From Candidatus Magasanikbacteria bacterium CG_4_10_14_0_2_um_filter_33_14 (GTDB lineage: Bacteria > Patescibacteriota > Patescibacteriia > Magasanikbacterales > UBA922): DNA of 64,000 bases. The notes under the pieces were generated by a model. It did no database searches, was not told where the DNA came from, and worked only from the letters and a program-made list of their open reading frames with translations. The first letter of the stretch is position 1. Every line of letters begins with the position of its first letter. The position numbers and the translations under genes are program-made. Shown one piece after another: positions 38,922 to 49,314 of the stretch. Location of the stretch: contig PFPL01000045.1 of assembly GCA_002793035.1 (NCBI GenBank), positions 9,669-73,668 of the forward strand, given 5' to 3'.

Positions 38922-40745
38922 ATGCAGAGCCTGTCAAAACTCAACAAAAATAAAAAAGCTTTTAGCCTCGTAGAAACTGTGGTGGCTATCGCTATTTTTG
39001 TTATTTTTGCTTTGGGTATTTATGGTAGTATCCAGTATATTTATAAAGTTATTTATAGTTCACGTGTCCAAATTATTGAGACAGCTATTTTAAACGAACA
39101 AATGGAAGTAATTAGAAATATGGATTTCAATGATGTTGGAATTGTTTCTTCGGTTCCTTTGGGTATCTTAAATAGAAATGTTACTGTGACTCGTAATGAC
39201 ATGGATTTTCTCGTTACTAGAAGTATTAGAAATATGGATGATCCGGCAGACGGTCTAATTGAAAATGGTACTGATAGTAATCCAAATGATTACAAATTAG
39301 TTTTTTTAGAAGTGATGTGTGTAAATTGTGCACAGCAAAAACCTCTTTCTATTTCTTCTTATGTGGCTGATTCTTTTCCTGAAAGTACCACCAATGCTGG
39401 AGCACTCTTTGTCAATGTGACAGATTCAAATTATAATCCTATGCAAGGTGCTACTGTTCACATTGTAAGTAATGAACCAAGTATTGATATCGACATGACT
39501 GATACTACAGATAATAATGGACAATTGAAAATATATAGTATCACTTCTTGTTACAAATGTTATGAAATAACAGTGTCTAAATCTGGTTATTTGTCTGATA
39601 GGACTTGGTCTGTTAGTGAATTTACCAGTTCAACTCCAGTAAATGAACATGCTACTGTAAATACTGAGGATGTGACTGATACTTTTTTTCAATTAGATGT
39701 GTCTTCTCAAGTTGATATTCAGACACTTAATCAAGAATGTACACCTGTAGGTAATGTTAGTTTGGATATAAAAGGTGGAGGTATTATTGGAACTGTAGAC
39801 GATGTGTATAGATTGGAAAGTACGATACAAACCGATAGTAATGGCGATTATTCTCTTACAAATTTACATTGGGGAGATTACGATTTTATGGTTAATAATT
39901 TCAATTATCTAGGTTCTATCCCTGCCCAACCTTTGGGTGTGTTGGCTGATTCTACTCAAATTCAAAGTATTATTGTGGCACCAAGTACTGCAAAATCTTT
40001 ATCTATTTTGGTCAAAGATGCTGGTAGTCAGTTGCCAATATCCAATGCCAAAGTGACTTTGACATCAGGGAGCAATGATTATATTAATTATACAGGTCTT
40101 GGTTTTTTGTATCAAAATGATTGGTCAGGTTTGTCTGGACATGAATTTTATGATTTTACTGTTGGTTATTGGTTGGCTAATAATATAGAGTACAATTCTA
40201 GTGAAAATCCTTTTGGTTTGAGATTGTCAGAAGTAAGTTCTGGACTTTATGAAAATTCTGGAACTCTTGAATCTGCTACTTTTGATTTTGGTAGTACAGA
40301 CGTTGATTATATTAATCTTGATTGGCAATATGACCAACCAACAAGTACTACAATTAAGTTTCAAATAGCCACTAGCAATTCTTCGACACCTAGTATTTGG
40401 GATTATTTAGGATCAGATGGTACAGGAGCTACTTATTATGATATTACGACTCAAGATATAAATGATATTCATGATGGTGATCGTTATTTACGTTATAAAG
40501 TATATTTGGACTCAGTAGATGAGGATCCTATTTCTGGTTATTCTCGTTATACTCCTACCGTTTCTGAAGTGGATATTTTTTATGTAAAGATTTGTAGTCT
40601 TCCTGGGCAATCTTATTTTGATACCATTGACCAAAGTTCTGGCAATACTATAAGTATTGAAGCTGATGGTTATGAGATATTAACTATAACGGATGTAGAC
40701 ATTAGTAGTAATATTACTACTTCTACAGAGTTGAATGCTTTATAG
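38922..40745 (+). CDS. large type IV pilin-like protein (prepilin-type N-terminus, big extracellular domain)
   Basis: N-terminal KKAFSLVETVVAIAIFVIF (prepilin cleavage/methylation-like, Ala at -1); 607 aa. Confidence 0.6.
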   Translation: MQSLSKLNKNKKAFSLVETVVAIAIFVIFALGIYGSIQYIYKVIYSSRVQIIETAILNEQMEVIRNMDFNDVGIVSSVPLGILNRNVTVTRNDMDFLVTRSIRNMDDPADGLIENGTDSNPNDYKLVFLEVMCVNCAQQKPLSISSYVADSFPESTTNAGALFVNVTDSNYNPMQGATVHIVSNEPSIDIDMTDTTDNNGQLKIYSITSCYKCYEITVSKSGYLSDRTWSVSEFTSSTPVNEHATVNTEDVTDTFFQLDVSSQVDIQTLNQECTPVGNVSLDIKGGGIIGTVDDVYRLESTIQTDSNGDYSLTNLHWGDYDFMVNNFNYLGSIPAQPLGVLADSTQIQSIIVAPSTAKSLSILVKDAGSQLPISNAKVTLTSGSNDYINYTGLGFLYQNDWSGLSGHEFYDFTVGYWLANNIEYNSSENPFGLRLSEVSSGLYENSGTLESATFDFGSTDVDYINLDWQYDQPTSTTIKFQIATSNSSTPSIWDYLGSDGTGATYYDITTQDINDIHDGDRYLRYKVYLDSVDEDPISGYSRYTPTVSEVDIFYVKICSLPGQSYFDTIDQSSGNTISIEADGYEILTITDVDISSNITTSTELNAL

Positions 40746-40760
40746 TTTAAAATTATTATT

Positions 40761-41378
40761 ATGATCAAAAATAAAAAAGCTTTTACTCTAATTGAAATTA
40801 TCGTTGTGATGGCTATTTTTTCTATTTTGGTGGCAGGATCTTCTTGGTTTGTGATTGGTACCAACAAAGATTTGGCGGTAATGTGGGAGCAACTAATCAC
40901 TCAAAATGAAGGTAAAAAAACTATTGATCATGTTGTCAATTATGTACGTCGTGCTGAGACATCTAGTGTTGGAGCTTATGCTTTGGATACTACAGAAGAG
41001 TACAATTTGGTTTTTTATGCCAATGTAGATGATGATTCTATGATAGAAAAGGTGAAATTTTGGTTGGATACAGATAATATCTTAAAAGAAACTATAACCA
41101 AGCCAAGTAGTACAGCTTCTTCCAATTTATATGAAAATGGATCATCATATACAGTAAATTTAGCTGAAAATGTGAAAAATATGATTGTTGGTAATCCTGT
41201 CTTTTTGTATTATGACGAAAATTATACGGGGATAGGTAGTCCTCTTAGTGGTAATTTCAATTTTACTGATGTACGTGTAGTACAGGTTCAGTTAGAATTA
41301 GAAAAAGATCCTACAAAAACACCAGTACCTTTGCATGTAGAGAGTAAAGCTTTTATTAGGAGTACGAAAACAAATTAA
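40761..41378 (+). CDS. type IV pilin / pseudopilin-like protein
   Basis: N-terminal KKAFTLIEIIVVMAIFSILVAG. Confidence 0.65.
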   Translation: MIKNKKAFTLIEIIVVMAIFSILVAGSSWFVIGTNKDLAVMWEQLITQNEGKKTIDHVVNYVRRAETSSVGAYALDTTEEYNLVFYANVDDDSMIEKVKFWLDTDNILKETITKPSSTASSNLYENGSSYTVNLAENVKNMIVGNPVFLYYDENYTGIGSPLSGNFNFTDVRVVQVQLELEKDPTKTPVPLHVESKAFIRSTKTN

Positions 41379-41417
41379 TTATTTCAATGTAGAATAAATA
41401 TACACGAATAACTTTGT

Positions 41418-42746
41418 ATGAAAGATTTTTTTAAGAAGTTAAAACTAAATAAAAAAGGATCGGCTTTTCTTTTTGTCATGGTTTTTGGTTTTATTGGTTT
41501 TATGACTATTACTATTGGGATGACTTCTTATGCTATTTTCGAGTCCAAGGCTTCGAAACAGACTTATCGAAAAGATCTAGCCTTTCATATTGCGGAAGCT
41601 GGAATAGATTATTATCGTTGGCATCTAATGAGTTCTCCAGAAGATTATTATGATGGACAGGGTAGTGGTGCTATTGGTCCTTATGTTCATGATTATTATG
41701 ATAAAGATGGTAATGTTGTTGGTACTTTTTCTATTGAAATAGATGTGCCTCCACAGGGTACTTATGTTGTGGCTGTTCGTTCGACTGGTTGGTCACTTGA
41801 AAATCCTAATAGTAAACGCACTATAGAAGCTTATTTTGGTTATGAATCTTTTAGTGATTCTTCTTTTGTTGTTAATGCTGATATGCGCTTTAGTTCTACT
41901 AGTTTTGTTCATGGTAAGACATTTGCTAATGGTTGTATAGAGTTTGATGGTACTAGTGATTCTTGGGTAGATAGTGCTAAAGGAGCCAATCAGTGTTCTT
42001 ATGGCAATGATGGCGTTTATGGTACAGGTGGACCAACAGAATTTTGGCGTTATGGTTTGCCGGTAAGAAGTTTTGCTGGTATTGGTGATAATTTTGATAT
42101 GTTAAAAGATATGGCCAATTCACCAGAAGGAATCAATTTAGGATCATCAAGTCGTTGGCATATTGTCTTTTTAGACAATGGTACTTTCAATTTGTATCGT
42201 GTAAATAATTATTCTTCAACTAAATATGATATAACTTCAGAAACTTTTCAAAGTAATCAGAGTTTACCTGAAAATGGTGTTATTTATAGTACTCGTAGTA
42301 TTTGGGTAGAAGGTGTTGTCAAAGGTAGAGTCAGTGTTGTAGCTGATAATGGGGCGGCAATTTTAATCCCGGGTAATCTCTTATATAGTGAAAAACATGC
42401 TGATGATATTTTGGGTTTATTGTCTGACACAAATATCATAATTCCGTATGATGTCCCTAATGATATGGAAATTGATGGAGCTTTATTGGCTAAATCGGGA
42501 AGTATTTCTAGGCCATATTTTTCTTATAGTTATGGAAGCAAATACATTAGAGATTCTTTGAGTGTTTTTGGTTCACAAATACAATATTCTAGCGGTGGTT
42601 TAAAATGGGTTAATAGTTATGGTACAATAATATCTGGATTTATTGATACTATTTATACCTATGATGGAAATTTACTTTATAAACCACCCGTTGGTATTCC
42701 TGTTATTCCGGAATATAAGCTTATTAGTTGGCATGAACTTAATTAG
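41418..42746 (+). CDS. PilX-like pilus-associated protein
   Basis: N-terminal KKGSAFLFVMVFGFIGFMTITIGMTSYAI resembles the PilX N-terminal domain. Confidence 0.45.
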   Translation: MKDFFKKLKLNKKGSAFLFVMVFGFIGFMTITIGMTSYAIFESKASKQTYRKDLAFHIAEAGIDYYRWHLMSSPEDYYDGQGSGAIGPYVHDYYDKDGNVVGTFSIEIDVPPQGTYVVAVRSTGWSLENPNSKRTIEAYFGYESFSDSSFVVNADMRFSSTSFVHGKTFANGCIEFDGTSDSWVDSAKGANQCSYGNDGVYGTGGPTEFWRYGLPVRSFAGIGDNFDMLKDMANSPEGINLGSSSRWHIVFLDNGTFNLYRVNNYSSTKYDITSETFQSNQSLPENGVIYSTRSIWVEGVVKGRVSVVADNGAAILIPGNLLYSEKHADDILGLLSDTNIIIPYDVPNDMEIDGALLAKSGSISRPYFSYSYGSKYIRDSLSVFGSQIQYSSGGLKWVNSYGTIISGFIDTIYTYDGNLLYKPPVGIPVIPEYKLISWHELN

Positions 42747-42826
42747 TTAACAATTTTAAAATTTTTGTTGGTAAAAAAATCAATACTTTGTTATAATATA
42801 GCAAAGTAATTTTATTAAAATATTTT

Positions 42827-43693
42827 ATGCAAAAAGTTCGTAAAGGAGTAATAACTGTGGCTGGGTTTGGGACTAGGTTTTTACCTGCTACCAAAGCCAT
42901 GCCAAAAGAAATGTTGCCTGTTTTAGATAAACCAGTTTTGCAATATATAGTAGAAGAAATGGTGGCTAGTGGAATTACCGAAATTATTTTGGTAACAAGT
43001 TCACAAAAGCGTGCTATCGAGGACCATTTTGATAGAGACAAAGATTTTGAAAATTTTTTAGAGAGTAAAGGAAAGCTAGAAAAAATTAGTTCATTAATTG
43101 ATTTATCAAAAAAAGTAAGATTTTTTTATACTAGACAAGCAGAACCTTTGGGTAATGGTCATGCTTTGTTATGTGCTCGTGAATTTATAGGTGACGAGCC
43201 TTTTGTATTTTCTGATGGGGATAGTATTATCGATTCAAATGTACCTGTAGTCAAACAACTTTTGAAAGTTTTCAAAAAACAAAATGCTTCGGTAATTGGG
43301 GTGCAAAAAATAACAGACACAGAAGCTATGACTAAGTATGGCAATGTCTATGGTAAAGCTATCAAAGAAAAAAAGACATATAGAGTAACAGAATTCATAG
43401 AGAAACCAAGTATAGAAAAAGTATCCAAAGATGGTTTGATTGTGGGTGGAATGCGTTATGTTTTTACCAAAGATATTTGGGCGATGCTTGAGTCACAAAA
43501 GAAGGGAAGAGATGGTGAAATTTGGTTGTCAGATGCTGCCAATGCTTTGGCTCAAAAGAAAAAATTTATGGCTTATGAATATGAAGGTGTTTATTTTGAT
43601 ACGGGAGACAAATTAGCCTTACTCAAGGCCTCCATACATTTCGCCAAAAAAGATCCGGATATTAAAGATAAAATAGACGAATTATTAGTTTAG
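42827..43693 (+). CDS. galU: UTP--glucose-1-phosphate uridylyltransferase
   Basis: GVITVAGFGTRFLPATKAMPKEMLPV... Confidence 0.85.
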   Translation: MQKVRKGVITVAGFGTRFLPATKAMPKEMLPVLDKPVLQYIVEEMVASGITEIILVTSSQKRAIEDHFDRDKDFENFLESKGKLEKISSLIDLSKKVRFFYTRQAEPLGNGHALLCAREFIGDEPFVFSDGDSIIDSNVPVVKQLLKVFKKQNASVIGVQKITDTEAMTKYGNVYGKAIKEKKTYRVTEFIEKPSIEKVSKDGLIVGGMRYVFTKDIWAMLESQKKGRDGEIWLSDAANALAQKKKFMAYEYEGVYFDTGDKLALLKASIHFAKKDPDIKDKIDELLV

Positions 43694-43708
43694 TAATTAA
43701 AATTCTTT

Positions 43709-44440
43709 ATGAAGTTTGGAATTTATAAAATATTTGGAATATTGGTGTTTGTTTTTGTTATATCTTTTTTTAAGATTGATTTGGTTTTTTCTGAAAGTAA
43801 ATATTGTAAGTGTACTTCAGACAAAGGTGTTTGCGAAGAAGGGGCAAAGTTAAAAAGTGATTGTGATAAGATGGTACAAGATTCAAATGGTCAATTTACT
43901 CAATGTGTAATGACAACTACTGATAAAAATTGTTCTGCTCTTGCTACGTCTAGAAAATTCTGTGCTTGTGCTGCTGACAAAAGCGATTGTGGTCCTACTA
44001 TTTATGCTGACTTACCAGAATGTGATAGGAACAAAGGTGCTGTCAATGCTAGTTACCAATGTATTCAAGTTGAAAATGGAAAAGGCTGTAGTTCACTTGT
44101 GGATGCTACCCAAAATGGTGATCAATCTGGTAGTAGTCAAGGAGGTTCAGCTTCTAGCTTTCTAGGTGATTTGGACCCACAAATAAAAGGATTAAATAAA
44201 TTACAAGGTGTAGATAATTTACAACAACTGATTGGTCGTGCCATTTCTGCTCTCTTGGGTATTTTGGGTTCTATAGCTTTGGTTATGATGCTTTTTGGTG
44301 GATTTACTTGGATGACTTCTGCTGGTAATGTTGAAAAAAGGAAAAAAGCTACAGGTATTATAATTTGGTCTGTGTTGGGCGTGTCTATCATTTTTGCTAG
44401 TTACGCTATGGTTAATTTTGTTTTGGATATCTTTAAATAA
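43709..44440 (+). CDS. VirB2/TrbC-like (T4SS-pilin-like) two-TM protein with N-terminal Cys-rich ectodomain
   Basis: Signal peptide, about 10 Cys, then LFGGFTWMTSAGNVEKRKKATGII + second TM (family core). Confidence 0.5.
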   Translation: MKFGIYKIFGILVFVFVISFFKIDLVFSESKYCKCTSDKGVCEEGAKLKSDCDKMVQDSNGQFTQCVMTTTDKNCSALATSRKFCACAADKSDCGPTIYADLPECDRNKGAVNASYQCIQVENGKGCSSLVDATQNGDQSGSSQGGSASSFLGDLDPQIKGLNKLQGVDNLQQLIGRAISALLGILGSIALVMMLFGGFTWMTSAGNVEKRKKATGIIIWSVLGVSIIFASYAMVNFVLDIFK

Positions 44441-44445
44441 ATATT

Positions 44446-45825
44446 ATGTTTAAAAAAATTTCAGTGCTCTCTCTTCTTTCTATATTTTTGTTGACAGCTG
44501 GGTTTGGTTGTAAGAGTGTTTCACAAACTGAGCAAGCATCTATTAAGGCGGTTAAGCTTACTTATTGGACTGTGTATAATGATGTGGATGAGTTACGTGT
44601 TTTGGCACAACAATATACACAGCGTTATCCACATGTGTCTATCAATATAAAACAAGTAAAATATGAGGAATTTGATAGTTTGTTTACCAATGCTTTGGCT
44701 GATGATGTTGGTCCAGATATTGTTTCTCAGCACGTGAGGTGGCTTCGTAAAAATCAATCTAGATTATTACCAGCACCTGGAGTAACAAAGATGCATCGTA
44801 TTGTAATTGCCAATAATTTTTCAAAAGAACAACAATTTTTGACAGATTCCAATGCTTTGCCTTCTGCTAGTTATATAAAAAATAATTATGTTCAAACTGT
44901 TTATAATGATGTTGTGCTCGACAAACAAATTTATGGTTTGCCTTTGTCTATGGATACTCTTTCTATTTTTTATAATCAGGATTTACTTGATAGAGCAGGT
45001 ATTGCCGAAGCCCCAAAAAATTGGAATGCTTTTGCTGAAGATGTCCAAAAACTTACTAAGTTCAATAGTATTGGAGATATCATCCAATCTGGTGCAGCTC
45101 TTGGTACTGCCAATAATATCAATGCCGCTACAGATATCATTGCTATGTTTATTATGCAAAGTGGACTAAAAGTAGCTAGTGGTAATACAGTTACTTTTGC
45201 GGCAGGTATAGACAAAGCTCAAGATAGAAATGTATCTATTTTGAGTGCTCTTGATTTTTATACTGATTTTGCTAGACCTACCAAAGAAGTTTATAGTTGG
45301 AATGAAAAGAAAGGTGATGCCTTAGATGAATTTGTTCGTGGTAGAGTAGGTTTTTATTTTGGTTATTCTTATGATTTTGCAACTATAAAACAAAGATCTC
45401 CTCAAATGAATTTACGTATTATGCCAATGCTACAGCTTGATCCAGAAAATCCAAGCAATGTAGCTAATTATTGGGTGGAGTCAGTCGTCCAAAAAACAAA
45501 ATATCCAAATGAAGCTTGGGATTTTGTAAGGTTTATTACTTCTCCAGAAAATGTAGCCAAGTATACAGAAAAGATTTTTAGTCCAAGTCCAATTCGTGCA
45601 CAAATCACACTTCAACAGGAAGATGAAAATCTTGGACCTTTTGCTACGCAAGCTTTATTTGCTGAAAATTGGTACAAAGGTAAAGATGTGGATGCTGTCG
45701 CTACTTCTTTTGATTCTATGATTACAGAACTTTTGAAACCATCTGATGATGAAAATGATTTATTGAAAAAAGATAAGCAAATCATTATTAATACCGCTGC
45801 CAGAATTCAGCAGACAATGCAATAA
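44446..45825 (+). CDS. orphan extracellular solute-binding lipoprotein (SBP family 1-like)
   Basis: Lipobox LTAGFGC; MalE-like sugar SBP blocks; no adjacent permease or ATPase. Confidence 0.65.
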   Translation: MFKKISVLSLLSIFLLTAGFGCKSVSQTEQASIKAVKLTYWTVYNDVDELRVLAQQYTQRYPHVSINIKQVKYEEFDSLFTNALADDVGPDIVSQHVRWLRKNQSRLLPAPGVTKMHRIVIANNFSKEQQFLTDSNALPSASYIKNNYVQTVYNDVVLDKQIYGLPLSMDTLSIFYNQDLLDRAGIAEAPKNWNAFAEDVQKLTKFNSIGDIIQSGAALGTANNINAATDIIAMFIMQSGLKVASGNTVTFAAGIDKAQDRNVSILSALDFYTDFARPTKEVYSWNEKKGDALDEFVRGRVGFYFGYSYDFATIKQRSPQMNLRIMPMLQLDPENPSNVANYWVESVVQKTKYPNEAWDFVRFITSPENVAKYTEKIFSPSPIRAQITLQQEDENLGPFATQALFAENWYKGKDVDAVATSFDSMITELLKPSDDENDLLKKDKQIIINTAARIQQTMQ

Positions 45826-45828
45826 TAT

Positions 45829-47112
45829 ATGAAAAATTTTTATAAAATTTTATTTTTTACAGTAATATTGTTTGCTTCATTATTTTCTTTGCAGAGTACT
45901 GTTTTAGCAGCTGGTCCTGTAGATGATTTTTTTTCTTCCGTAGACAAAGGTTTGAATTATCAGTGTTGCCTGTTGAAAAGGTCAAATGATCAGACTGTAG
46001 CTTGTGTAAAAAATCATACAGTAGGGGGTGGTTCAAGAATAGGTTGTTATGAAAATTATTCTGATCCTGAAACTGTAAATGCTAGGATTCAAGAAATGTA
46101 TTATAGTGGTGATACTTTGTATGATTTTAGGACTCAAAATATAACAAAGTTAGAGAATGTCGACTGTAATGCTATTGCTGCTTGTGTAGAGTTTTCAGAT
46201 CAAGAAAAAATGTTTTCAGGTACAATAAGTAAAAGTGATTTTGATTTAATTAATATAGCTACTTTCAATGTCAAAGTATCAAAAATGTTGCCTGTTACTG
46301 ATTATAATTTTAGTAAATTAGAATGTATCAATTGTAATATCACGCCAGGATTAAAAGCTACTAGTGGTAGTTTTTCTATATCAAATAGTAATTTGAGTGT
46401 ACATGAACTAACTATGAATTTTGAGTTGACGCCTTACGAGTATATAAAGGGGAGTCAAGACAAAAAGTTGCCAGCTACTGTTAATTTAGAATTTAAGGCT
46501 AGTGGAAAAACATCTGAGGGTAAAGATCTTACAACTTTTTTAAAATTTCCTTTGATTATAAAAGGAGCCAACTGTAAAGATTTTGATAATGATGAAGCAA
46601 AATGTTCTACCAATAGTGGCTGTCTGTTTGTTTCTGCAACCAAAAAATGTGGAGAAGTCGCCGATGCTTCTCTATGTAGTGTCTTGAACAAAAATGAGTG
46701 TGCCGTTTCTATAGCTTGTACACAGGATGCTAACGAAAAGTGTGTAAGCAATGTTTCCAAAGCTGTAGATGAATATATTGCCAAGGATCATCAAATGCCT
46801 AAAGGTTATTCAGGGCCTTTACCTGAGTGTGCTTTTGATGGCTCTTGTCGTGATGTAAACAAGTTGGTAGAGCTAGCGCTAAAAGTAGTTGATTATTTGT
46901 TTTCTATTGTAGCTGGTTTAGCTTTCGTTTTCTTTATTTATGGAGGATTTACTTGGATATTTTCTTTTGGAAATCCCGAAAAAGTAAAAAAAGGTCAACA
47001 GATTTTTGTCTATGCTGTGATTGGTCTTATCATTGTATTTAGTGCTTATATATTGGTTAGTTTCTTGCTCAATGTTTTGGGTGTGAATGATGCATATATA
47101 ATTATAAATTAA
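45829..47112 (+). CDS. VirB2/TrbC-like two-TM protein with large N-terminal Cys-rich ectodomain
   Basis: Signal peptide, approx 330-aa Cys-rich region, then IYGGFTWIFSFGNPEKVKKGQQI + TM. Confidence 0.5.
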   Translation: MKNFYKILFFTVILFASLFSLQSTVLAAGPVDDFFSSVDKGLNYQCCLLKRSNDQTVACVKNHTVGGGSRIGCYENYSDPETVNARIQEMYYSGDTLYDFRTQNITKLENVDCNAIAACVEFSDQEKMFSGTISKSDFDLINIATFNVKVSKMLPVTDYNFSKLECINCNITPGLKATSGSFSISNSNLSVHELTMNFELTPYEYIKGSQDKKLPATVNLEFKASGKTSEGKDLTTFLKFPLIIKGANCKDFDNDEAKCSTNSGCLFVSATKKCGEVADASLCSVLNKNECAVSIACTQDANEKCVSNVSKAVDEYIAKDHQMPKGYSGPLPECAFDGSCRDVNKLVELALKVVDYLFSIVAGLAFVFFIYGGFTWIFSFGNPEKVKKGQQIFVYAVIGLIIVFSAYILVSFLLNVLGVNDAYIIIN

Positions 47113-47119
47113 AAAAATT

Positions 47120-47482
47120 ATGAAAATATCTTTTAAGAGTTCATTTTTTCTTATAATGTCTGTGGCTTTATCATTTTTTGTTTATAATTTGGTACAGGCT
47201 GTGAATTGTGAGGACAATAGAACTTGTCTAGAAAACCCCATAAAAAGTAATACTATTCCGGAAATTTTTGGTAATGGAATTAAGATATCTACTGGTATTA
47301 TGGGTTCACTTGCGTTGTTAGTTTTTATTTATGGTGGGGCTGTTTGGCTTACTTCTGCAGGCAATCCAGAAAAAGTAAAGAAAGGTACGAGTGCTATGGT
47401 TTGGGCTGTGTTGGGTATGGTTGTTATTTTTAGTAGTTATGCTATAATTAACCTAGTTTTGAATGGGTTGGGAGTAAATTAA
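47120..47482 (+). CDS. VirB2/TrbC-like small two-TM protein (paralog)
   Basis: IYGGAVWLTSAGNPEKVKKGTSA. Confidence 0.55.
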   Translation: MKISFKSSFFLIMSVALSFFVYNLVQAVNCEDNRTCLENPIKSNTIPEIFGNGIKISTGIMGSLALLVFIYGGAVWLTSAGNPEKVKKGTSAMVWAVLGMVVIFSSYAIINLVLNGLGVN

Positions 47483-47633
47483 AACATTGATTGCACGGAT
47501 TTAATAAGATTACACTGATATTTACTTAGTAAGAATATAATTACGATAAATAAGTTATAAAATACTTACAATATTTTTTAAAAAAATATAATTATGTTAA
47601 AAAAAACTTTTGCATTGAAGGGAGGTGATACAC

Positions 47634-48083
47634 ATGAATTTGTTATATAAGCTTGCTAAATACAAAACAGTTCTTTCAATTATTTTTGTATTAGCTTTAG
47701 GACTTGTGCTATCACCAAATTTGGCTATGGGTCAAGGTTATGATCCAAATGATCCATTCGGCGTTGACGTCGTTGAACAAGGTGATGGTTCAGAGGGAGG
47801 CGGACTTGCTCTAGGTACTTCAGATTTGAGAGCTACTATCGTTAGAGTAATCAATATCGCTTTGAGTTTACTTGGTATCGTAGCTGTTGTCGTCGTACTT
47901 ATCGGTGGTTTCCAATGGATGACTGCTGGTGGTGATGACGGTAAAGTAGAAACAGCTCGTAAATGGATTTTCTCAGGTATTATTGGTCTTGCTATTATTC
48001 TTAGTGCTTGGGCTATCGCTAGATTTGCTCTTGTCAATCTTGGTAACGCTACCAACACTCCTGGTGCTGAAAATTATCAATAA
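47634..48083 (+). CDS. VirB2/TrbC-like small two-TM protein (paralog)
   Basis: GGGAGGTG RBS then ATG; LIGGFQWMTAGGDDGKVETARKWI. Confidence 0.55.
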   Translation: MNLLYKLAKYKTVLSIIFVLALGLVLSPNLAMGQGYDPNDPFGVDVVEQGDGSEGGGLALGTSDLRATIVRVINIALSLLGIVAVVVVLIGGFQWMTAGGDDGKVETARKWIFSGIIGLAIILSAWAIARFALVNLGNATNTPGAENYQ

Positions 48084-48205
48084 ATTTAAATTTCAGAGCA
48101 GATATTTGCAAAAATATTCTGCTCTGAATATTTATTTTGAGAGGATAAAAAATTATTTTTCACAAAAATTTTTGGAAAATCATCTTTTATTCTTTATAAA
48201 ACATT

Positions 48206-48634
48206 ATGATAAACAAAAAGTTAATTAATTTAGTTTTTGTTTTTTTATTTGCTTTCGCTGTCTTGGTACCAGCTAGTGCACCAACTTTGGCAGCGCCTAG
48301 TTCTACTTGTGATCAAGAAGGGGATTTATTGGGTCTTGGTTGTGTAGGAAGTAATACAGGTCTTAGTGACAAAGATCCTCGTATTATTATTGTCCAAATT
48401 ATAAATGTTATACTTGGTTTATTGGGAATCGTAGTTACTGTGCTTATTGTCTATGCTGGATTTTTGTGGATGACAGCCGGTGGTGAAGAGTCAAAAGTAG
48501 AAAAGGCAAGAAAGATTATTGTTGCAGCCATTATTGGACTTGCTATTATCTTGTCAGCTTTTGCTATTACTAGGTTTGTTTCTTTTGGTCTTTATCAAGC
48601 AACAATGGGTAGTGAATATCCTGTTGCTAAATAA
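48206..48634 (+). CDS. VirB2/TrbC-like small two-TM protein (paralog)
   Basis: VYAGFLWMTAGGEESKVEKARKII. Confidence 0.55.
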   Translation: MINKKLINLVFVFLFAFAVLVPASAPTLAAPSSTCDQEGDLLGLGCVGSNTGLSDKDPRIIIVQIINVILGLLGIVVTVLIVYAGFLWMTAGGEESKVEKARKIIVAAIIGLAIILSAFAITRFVSFGLYQATMGSEYPVAK

Positions 48635-48644
48635 TTTTGTATTT

Positions 48645-49310
48645 ATGAATAATAAAAAATTTTTTTTAACATTTGGATTCCTTACTGGTTTTTTTCTTCT
48701 GGTTATGATGTTTGCTCCAGGTTTTGCTTTTGCTGACAATTATGGTCTAGATGCAACTGCTGGAGCCGCAGGTTTGCCTAGTGGTGTAGATTTGCCAACT
48801 GTTTTGGGTAATGTGATTGGTACAGCACTTTCTATGATTTCTGTATTATTTTTTGGTCTCATGCTTTATGGTGGAATTATGTGGATGACAGCCAGGGGAA
48901 AGAGTGAAAACACTCAAAAAGCACTTGATACTATTATCGCAGCTATCATTGGTGTGGTGATTGTCTTGGCTGCTTATGCTATTACCAATTTTGTTTTTAG
49001 TAACGTTCAATCTGGAGCGGGTGGTGCAGGTGGCGGAACTGGAGGAACTGGAGGCAATAATACTCCACCTGTTTCTCAGTCATGTGTTATTGGTAATACA
49101 GAGGTTTCTAGTTTTTGTTCTACAGCATGTAATGTTGTTCAGGATGCTTGTACAGGAAATGATTACTGTCAAGATTTTTGTAAACCTAATGATACAGGTC
49201 TTCTTTGTATTCCTATGGCTTCTCAATCCTCTTTGTGTTCTGTATATTCTAATGTTATTGCAAATTGTACAGCTGTAGAGTCTGACACAGAATTGTGTAA
49301 AGTACAATAA
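48645..49310 (+). CDS. VirB2/TrbC-like two-TM protein with Gly-rich linker and C-terminal Cys-rich domain
   Basis: LYGGIMWMTARGKSENTQKALDTI; SGAGGAGGGTGGTGGNN linker; 12 Cys in the last approx 85 aa. Confidence 0.5.
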   Translation: MNNKKFFLTFGFLTGFFLLVMMFAPGFAFADNYGLDATAGAAGLPSGVDLPTVLGNVIGTALSMISVLFFGLMLYGGIMWMTARGKSENTQKALDTIIAAIIGVVIVLAAYAITNFVFSNVQSGAGGAGGGTGGTGGNNTPPVSQSCVIGNTEVSSFCSTACNVVQDACTGNDYCQDFCKPNDTGLLCIPMASQSSLCSVYSNVIANCTAVESDTELCKVQ

Positions 49311-49314
49311 ATTT

